NCBI GenBank assembly: GCA_035499695.1
Contig: DATJYG010000339.1
Span: 1-13,201, forward strand
Length of the DNA: 13,201 nt
From: Polyangiaceae bacterium
GTDB lineage: Bacteria > Myxococcota_A > Polyangia > Polyangiales > Polyangiaceae
Direction: 5' to 3'
The position numbers and the translations under genes are program-made. Positions 5,334 to 8,691 of this stretch are shown one piece after another. The first letter of the stretch is position 1. The number at the start of each line of letters is the position of its first letter. Under the pieces are notes generated by a model, which worked only from the letters and a program-made list of their open reading frames with translations, was not told the DNA's origin and did not search any database.

Positions 5334-5609
5334 TTGAGCGTCGGCCTCCTCGCTGCCATGTGCGTCCACGCGGCGGGCGAGTCGAGCCCGGGCGATCTCC
5401 CCAAAGACACGCACGCCGTCGTGCTCGCCGTCGCCGGCGAGGACGCGCTCGCCGCCGTCGAGCGTTCGCTCGAGCGCGCGGGCGTGGCGCACGTCGCGAT
5501 CCGCGAGCCGGATGCGCCGTGGAACGGCGCGCTGATGGCCATCGGCGTCGAGCCGGGAAGAAAGGAGGCGCTGAGGCGGTGGCTCTCGTCGCTGCCCCTT
5601 TTGAAATGA
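5334..5609 (+). CDS. pth2: Peptidyl-tRNA hydrolase, Pth2 (archaeal/eukaryotic-type) family; true start probably upstream of the first canonical start codon
   Basis: LSVGLLAAMCVHAAGES ... THAVVLAVAGEDALAAVERSLERAGVAHVAIREPDAPWNGALMAIGVEPGRKEALRRWLSSLPLLK matches the remembered Pth2 pattern (VIVVRxDL.MgkGKlaAQvaHAA ... kvvlkv.seeeL..l...A...gl....i.DAG.T...pgt.T.laiGP.p...id.vTg.LkLL). The in-frame upstream residues PLVHYVIVRRD (5301-5333) continue the match, but 5334 TTG is the first ATG/GTG/TTG after the stop at 5223-5225. Confidence 0.8.
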   Translation: MSVGLLAAMCVHAAGESSPGDLPKDTHAVVLAVAGEDALAAVERSLERAGVAHVAIREPDAPWNGALMAIGVEPGRKEALRRWLSSLPLLK

Positions 5610-5613
5610 ACAC

Positions 5614-5682
5614 GGGGCGGTAGCTCAGTGAAGAGCGCCGGGAAACCGGAGGTCGACCGTTCGACTCGGTCCCGCCCCACCA
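5614..5682 (+). tRNA. tRNA-shaped RNA without an anticodon loop (anticodon arm replaced by 4-bp stem + GAAA tetraloop); ACCA 3' end encoded
   Basis: Hand fold: GGGGCGG / TA / GCTC-AGTGAA-GAGC / G / CCGG-GAAA-CCGG / AGGTC / GACCG-TTCGACT-CGGTC / CCGCCCC / A / CCA. It is 66 nt before CCA, against the usual 73-76. Perfect 7-bp acceptor and 5-bp T stem; short D loop with a single G. Confidence 0.6.
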
Positions 5683-5683
5683 A

Positions 5684-5756
5684 GCCCTCGTAGCTCAGTT
5701 GGCAGAGCATCCGCTGTCTAAGCGGACGGTCCTTGGTTCGAATCCAAGCGAGGGCT
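5684..5756 (+). tRNA. tRNA, Arg(UCU)-like, with unusual anticodon loop UGUCUAA (G at position 33)
   Basis: GCCCTCG / TA / GCTC-AGTTGGCA-GAGC / A / TCCGC-TGTCTAA-GCGGA / CGGTC / CTTGG-TTCGAAT-CCAAG / CGAGGGC / T, 73 nt. The canonical register gives anticodon TCT. From memory, the E. coli argU loop is CTTCTAA, so positions 32-33 differ. Confidence 0.75.
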
Positions 5757-5761
5757 CGCAT

Positions 5762-5846
5762 TCGGAGGTAACTCAGTGGCAGAGTGCCGTGTTACTCCTT
5801 GCGGGTAACGCGGATGTCGAAGGTTCGAACCCTTCCCTCCGAGCCA
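5762..5846 (+). tRNA. tRNA-shaped RNA with a 9-10 bp anticodon stem (Gln-like acceptor: U1:A72, G73); CCA encoded
   Basis: TCGGAGG / TA / ACTC-AGTGGCA-GAGT / G / CCGTGTTAC-TCCTTGCGG-GTAACGCGG / ATGTC / GAAGG-TTCGAAC-CCTTC / CCTCCGA / G / CCA. It is 82 nt before CCA. The stem has 8 Watson-Crick pairs and 1 G-U. The loop is 9 nt, or 7 nt (CCTTGCG, centre TTG) if the T-G pair closes. Confidence 0.55.
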
Positions 5847-5853
5847 ACGTCTC

Positions 5854-5926
5854 GCACCCATCGCTCAGTGGTAGAGCAGCAGAAATGTAGAATCTGCCCG
5901 CGCCGGTTCGAATCCGGCTGGGTGCA
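5854..5926 (+). tRNA. tRNA, Tyr(GUA)-like anticodon stem, but with a 9-nt loop AAUGUAGAA and a short variable region
   Basis: GCACCCA / TC / GCTC-AGTGGTA-GAGC / A / GCAGA-AATGTAGAA-TCTGC / CCGC / GCCGG-TTCGAAT-CCGGC / TGGGTGC / A, 73 nt. Stem GCAGA/TCTGC is identical to the E. coli tRNA-Tyr anticodon stem as I remember it (loop CTGTAAA there). Bacterial tRNA-Tyr normally has a long variable arm, which is absent here. Confidence 0.7.
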
Positions 5927-5930
5927 CCGA

Positions 5931-5975
5931 GTCGGCCATCGGTGTCGTCGGTGTCGGTGTCGTCGGTATCGGTCA
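5931..5975 (+). repeat. Array of six RTCGGY hexamers (GTCGGC, ATCGGT, GTCGGT x3, ATCGGT) at 6-9 bp spacing
   Basis: Sequence is GTCGGCCATCGGTGTCGTCGGTGTCGGTGTCGTCGGTATCGGTCA. It lies between the last tRNA and the RHH gene and is non-coding: the only ORF across it is a minus-strand shadow running through the tRNAs. Confidence 0.6.
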
Positions 5976-5978
5976 GAG

Positions 5979-6007
5979 TTGCGTTACGCAAAGTTACTTG
6001 ATACATA
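5979..6007 (+). promoter_or_regulatory. Palindrome TTGCGttaCGCAA plus extended -10-like TGA-TACATA, upstream of the RHH gene
   Basis: Palindrome at 5979-5991, TG at 5999-6000, TACATA at 6002-6007. The hexamer is 4 nt before ATG 6012 and 7 nt before ATG 6015. The AT-rich stretch has no Shine-Dalgarno, suggesting a leaderless start. Confidence 0.35.
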
Positions 6008-6011
6008 GTAC

Positions 6012-6245
6012 ATGATGACGACTTCCGAAGAACCCAAAGAGAAGAAAAAGCGCGGCCGCCGCAAGCGGAGCGCCAAGAGGCGTGCGACCACCACGCAGGT
6101 GACCTTCCGCATCGAGAAGGACTGGCTGAAGCGCGCCGACAAGGTGGCTGCCAAGCTCTCGTCGAACGGTGTCAAGCTGACCCGCACCGACGGGTTCCGC
6201 GCCGTCATGGCTGCTGGGTTCGAGGTCCACGAGCGCCGGCGCTGA
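6012..6245 (+). CDS. Ribbon-helix-helix (CopG/Arc/MetJ-like) DNA-binding protein, 77 aa
   Basis: Basic N-terminal tail (KEKKKRGRRKRSAKRR), then TQVTFRIEKDWLKRADKVAAKLSSNGVKLTRTDGFRAVMAAGFE, which fits a beta-strand / helix / helix RHH layout. Confidence 0.75.
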   Translation: MMTTSEEPKEKKKRGRRKRSAKRRATTTQVTFRIEKDWLKRADKVAAKLSSNGVKLTRTDGFRAVMAAGFEVHERRR

Positions 6246-6252
6246 GATCTCC

Positions 6253-6486
6253 GTGGCGACGAGGATGTTCCAGCGCAGCGATGGGGCTCCGGCTTTCTGG
6301 TGCTCCATCTGCAAGGGCGGCTCGAGCCGCTTCGTCGACGTGAGCCCGCCTTCGAGGACTTCGCGCGGCGAGGGCCAGGTCGACATCGACCGCCGCGAAG
6401 ACCGCGAGCTGCCTGGAGATTTCTTGCGCATCTGCGCGGGCTGCGTCGCCCGCATGGCGCAAGCGCTGGAGGGACGCGAGCTGTAA
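6253..6486 (+). CDS. Small CxxC...CxxC zinc-ribbon-like protein, 77 aa
   Basis: GTG 6253 (ATG 6265 is the alternative). Cys pairs at WCSICKGG and ICAGCVARM. Ends with TAA. Confidence 0.6.
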   Translation: MATRMFQRSDGAPAFWCSICKGGSSRFVDVSPPSRTSRGEGQVDIDRREDRELPGDFLRICAGCVARMAQALEGREL

Positions 6487-6506
6487 CGAATTCTTCCGTC
6501 GCCCGA

Positions 6507-6977
6507 ATGGTGAGGGTGATGAAAGAACCCCATGAAAGCGTGGACGTGATGCCCGATCTCAGAAGAACGATTCGGATCCTGACCGAAGATTTCGCTGACG
6601 CGGTGGCCTCCGCGGTCCAGGGCGCAGTCCGCGAGCAGGCGTCCGAGTTCGCCGAGGGCCTGCTCGAGGCCCTGCGCTCCGCTTCGCTCTCGGACATCGT
6701 CGGGGGTGCGGGTCCCGCGGAGCTTCCTCCCGCGCGCCGCGCCGCTGGTCCCGCGAGGCGGCAGAGGCGCCGCACGGCCGGCGAGATCGACCAGCTCGCC
6801 AAAGAGATCGTCGATCTCTGCAAGAAGCACCCCGAGGGCGTGAAGGCCGAGGAGATGCGTGCGGTGCTCAAGGTCGAGGCCGGCCAGCTCCAGCGCCCGG
6901 TCTTCTTGCTCCTCAAGCGGGGCACCATCCGAAAGACGGGCCAGAAGCGCTCGACCCTCTACTTCTCGGCGGCGTGA
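6507..6977 (+). CDS. Putative DNA-binding protein with winged-helix-like C-terminal domain, ~156 aa
   Basis: Start cluster: ATG 6507, GTG 6510, GTG 6516, ATG 6519 (GGTGAGG upstream of 6519). Helical acidic N-terminal part, basic linker ARRAAGPARRQRRR, then C-terminal EIDQLAKEIVDLCKKHPEGVKAEEMRAVLKVEAGQLQRPVFLLLKRGTIRKTGQKRSTLYF. Confidence 0.7.
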   Translation: MVRVMKEPHESVDVMPDLRRTIRILTEDFADAVASAVQGAVREQASEFAEGLLEALRSASLSDIVGGAGPAELPPARRAAGPARRQRRRTAGEIDQLAKEIVDLCKKHPEGVKAEEMRAVLKVEAGQLQRPVFLLLKRGTIRKTGQKRSTLYFSAA

Positions 6978-7159
6978 AGCGTCAGACGAAGACCCTCCAG
7001 CGTTTGCTCCGCGCCGACTTTCTCGACTTCGGAGACCTCGTGACTGTCGCGCATGCATGCATCAAGATGCGCGACGCCGCGTTCGAGGCCGCCGAGCGCG
7101 CGCGTCGAGGACCGGCTCCTGCGTGCGCGGGATCTCGAACGCCTCGGGGCGCAGTATAA
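6974..7159 (+). CDS. Hypothetical small protein; 3' part of this frame is probably not coding (frame switch near 7100)
   Basis: GTG 6974 overlaps the upstream stop (GTGA). The first ~42 codons look like protein (KRQTKTLQRLLRADFLDFGDLVTVAHACIKMRDAAFEAAERA) with third-position GC ~80%. After the CGCGCGCG run at 7097-7104 this frame falls to ~40% GC3. Confidence 0.45.
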   Translation: MKRQTKTLQRLLRADFLDFGDLVTVAHACIKMRDAAFEAAERARRGPAPACAGSRTPRGAV

Positions 7160-7202
7160 CCGCGTGCTCGTGCGAATCGGGCATCCCGCGGCGATCCGTT
7201 GA
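7053..7202 (+). CDS. Downstream frame segment (49 codons from ATG 7053): a separate overlapping ORF or the frameshifted continuation of 6974
   Basis: Frame 0 from ~7104 reads VEDRLLRARDLERLGAQYNRVLVRIGHPAAIR-stop with third-position GC ~78%. The stop at 7200-7202 is followed immediately by the promoter of the next gene. Confidence 0.35.
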   Translation: MHASRCATPRSRPPSARVEDRLLRARDLERLGAQYNRVLVRIGHPAAIR

Positions 7203-7232
7203 TTGACGGGCCCCGGAGCCGTGCAGTAAGTT
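7203..7232 (+). promoter_or_regulatory. Sigma-70-like promoter for a leaderless mRNA: -35 TTGACG, 18-nt spacer, -10 TAAGTT
   Basis: TTGACG at 7203-7208 and TAAGTT at 7227-7232, with the hexamer ending 6 nt before ATG 7239. No Shine-Dalgarno at a usable distance. Confidence 0.5.
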
Positions 7233-7238
7233 TGCAGC

Positions 7239-7511
7239 ATGAGCGACCAGAACTGCGCGCACTGCAACGGGGCCCAGCACTGCTACCAGCAAGCCATGAG
7301 CCAGAGGATGCCTCCCTACGAGGCCATCCGCTCGGCCCTGCTCACCGGCATCGTCGTCGGCACGACCGACCTCGCCGACGCGCCCGCGTGCGAGGCCTGC
7401 CAGCGCGCCATCGAGACGATCCGCGAGGGCATCGAGCGCGGCGCCGCGATGATGGGCGACCAGGTCCGCCAGCGCCAGCGCCCGGCGGCTCCCGCCCAGC
7501 AGGGGAAGTGA
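7239..7511 (+). CDS. Small CxxC...CxxC zinc-finger protein, 90 aa
   Basis: MSDQNCAHCNGAQHCYQQ ... APACEACQRAIETIREGIERG, with a basic Gln/Arg-rich tail. Confidence 0.75.
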   Translation: MSDQNCAHCNGAQHCYQQAMSQRMPPYEAIRSALLTGIVVGTTDLADAPACEACQRAIETIREGIERGAAMMGDQVRQRQRPAAPAQQGK

Positions 7512-7515
7512 CGCG

Positions 7516-8061
7516 ATGGTGGGCAAGCTCGTCTCCCACTTCGACACCGCGACCGGTCGCGAGCACGCGACGGCGGCCCCGGCAGACGCCGCCCAGCCCG
7601 AGCAGCCGCTCCGCCCGCCGAGCGCGGCGACCGCCCTCGCTCCGGGACCTGAGAAGGAGACGTGGCCCCCGAGCGTCTCACGCGACGCTCCCGAGAAGCT
7701 CTCGACCGAGACCCGCGCGCATGCCTTCTTCGTCCGCACCAAACGCCGCGAGATCCTCTCGACCATCGGCGTCCTCGAGCTTTTGGCCAAGTGTCCCGTC
7801 GCCGAGGACAGCGAGGGCCGCGAGGGCGTCATGATCCACCGCGACGTGCTCTTCTCGCTCGGCTACCACCTGCTCGACGTCGTGCACGAGCTGGAGAACG
7901 CGCGCCGCGGCCAGCGGGACGAAGGCCCGCGCTACGACGAGCGCATGTCGAAGGCCCTCGACCAGCTCGGCCTCCGCGACGCGGAGATCAAGGAGCTTCG
8001 CGCGGCGCTCGGCGAGGCCGCGATCAAGATCCGAAGGCTCGAGAGCAAGCTCTTCAAATGA
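7516..8061 (+). CDS. Hypothetical protein, 181 aa, with C-terminal coiled-coil
   Basis: ATG 7516 with GGGGAAG 7-8 nt upstream. Pro/Ala-rich N-terminus, then a structured part (ILSTIGVLELLAKCPVAEDSEGREGVMIHRDVLFSLGYHLLDVVHELENA) and AEIKELRAALGEAAIKIRRLESKLFK. Confidence 0.75.
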   Translation: MVGKLVSHFDTATGREHATAAPADAAQPEQPLRPPSAATALAPGPEKETWPPSVSRDAPEKLSTETRAHAFFVRTKRREILSTIGVLELLAKCPVAEDSEGREGVMIHRDVLFSLGYHLLDVVHELENARRGQRDEGPRYDERMSKALDQLGLRDAEIKELRAALGEAAIKIRRLESKLFK

Positions 8062-8088
8062 GGGGCGCGGGGCGGACGCGGCGGGGCC

Positions 8089-8607
8089 TCAGCGCCTCGT
8101 GACGCGGCGGCTCACCGTCTCTTCGATCTCGTCGGCCACCGCGGAATCGACGATGAAGTTGATCTGGCCTCCGAGGACGCCGGCGAAAGGGCTCGTTCCC
8201 TTCCAGACTGCGCCGGAGAGATCGCCGTAGCTCGCGTCGGTCATGTCGATCCTTTCGCTCACGCCAAGCTCGACCAGAGACGCTTGCTTCGGATCGCGTA
8301 CGTCGAACCAAAAGGTGCCGACGAGGTCGTCGTAGCGGTCGTGCCCCTCGTCGCGGACGGTGTTGAACTTCGTCCGAAGCCATGCGAGCGAATTCCTCTC
8401 GAGCTTGGCGATGTCATCGTTCAAGACCCCCCAGCCCTTTTCTGTGATGTCGCCCTCGGCATCGACGTAGCCGGCGCGCATCGCCTTCTTGCGATCTTCC
8501 GGATCGCCGTGCTTGGGTCCGAACGCGTCCCTGGCGTTCTCTTCGACCAGCTCTTGGCTGTAAATGCCAATGGCAAAAGCCCCTTCGCGCTCGTTCTTCT
8601 CGTCCAT
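8089..8607 (-). CDS. Hypothetical protein, 172 aa
   Basis: ATG 8607 with AGGA 7 nt upstream. Diverse, protein-like composition (W, K, N, F, Y) and high third-position GC. Convergent with 7516-8061. No family recognised. Confidence 0.8.
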   Translation of the reverse strand: MDEKNEREGAFAIGIYSQELVEENARDAFGPKHGDPEDRKKAMRAGYVDAEGDITEKGWGVLNDDIAKLERNSLAWLRTKFNTVRDEGHDRYDDLVGTFWFDVRDPKQASLVELGVSERIDMTDASYGDLSGAVWKGTSPFAGVLGGQINFIVDSAVADEIEETVSRRVTRR

Positions 8608-8635
8608 GGACGAATCCTACTCCATTCGGTAGTCT
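8607..8635 (+). promoter_or_regulatory. Candidate promoter: -35 TGGACG, 17-nt spacer, -10 TAGTCT
   Basis: TGGACG at 8607-8612 and TAGTCT at 8630-8635, in the divergent intergenic region ~55 nt upstream of ATG 8692. Confidence 0.25.
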
Positions 8636-8691
8636 CTCGGGGAGCTGGCGAGAGGTGCGCCGGGCCTGGGACACGTCCAAGGAGCGCACCG

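Noticed and set aside
5762-5846. A tRNA intron as the explanation for the long anticodon arm
   Set aside because: Placing a 10-nt intron at the canonical 37/38 site leaves loop TTACTC-A with anticodon ACT and no bulge-helix-bulge. Bacterial tRNA introns are group I and far longer. The extended perfect helix is the simpler reading.
5931-5975. Possible CRISPR-like or minisatellite array
   Set aside because: The units are only 6 nt with 0-3 nt between them. There is no repeat-spacer architecture and no cas genes. Treated as a protein-binding repeat candidate instead.
5773-6006. 77-aa minus ORF (TDTDDTDTDDTD...), plus 5699-5890 and 5784-6008 plus-strand ORFs
   Set aside because: They run straight through the tRNA-shaped genes and the hexamer array. 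The TD repeat is just the translated RTCGGY repeat.
5984-7058. 314-aa and 354-aa minus-strand ORFs across the RHH/Zn-finger/winged-helix block
   Set aside because: Arg/Ser/Ala-rich shadows. The plus-strand genes show recognisable folds, sensible starts and stop-start coupling.
7062-7832. 256-aa minus-strand ORF, plus 7199-7834 and 7662-8102 on the plus strand
   Set aside because: Mostly low-complexity shadow of 7239-7511 and 7516-8061. Only its last ~28 codons (7184-7104, MPDSHEHAVILRPEAF...) look coding-like. That ambiguity is reported under the 6974-7202 finding, not called as a gene.
8062-8088. Bidirectional terminator between the convergent genes 7516-8061 and 8089-8607
   Set aside because: The spacer is G-rich (GGGG CGC GGGG ... 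GGGG), but I could not find a convincing inverted repeat or a T/A tract.
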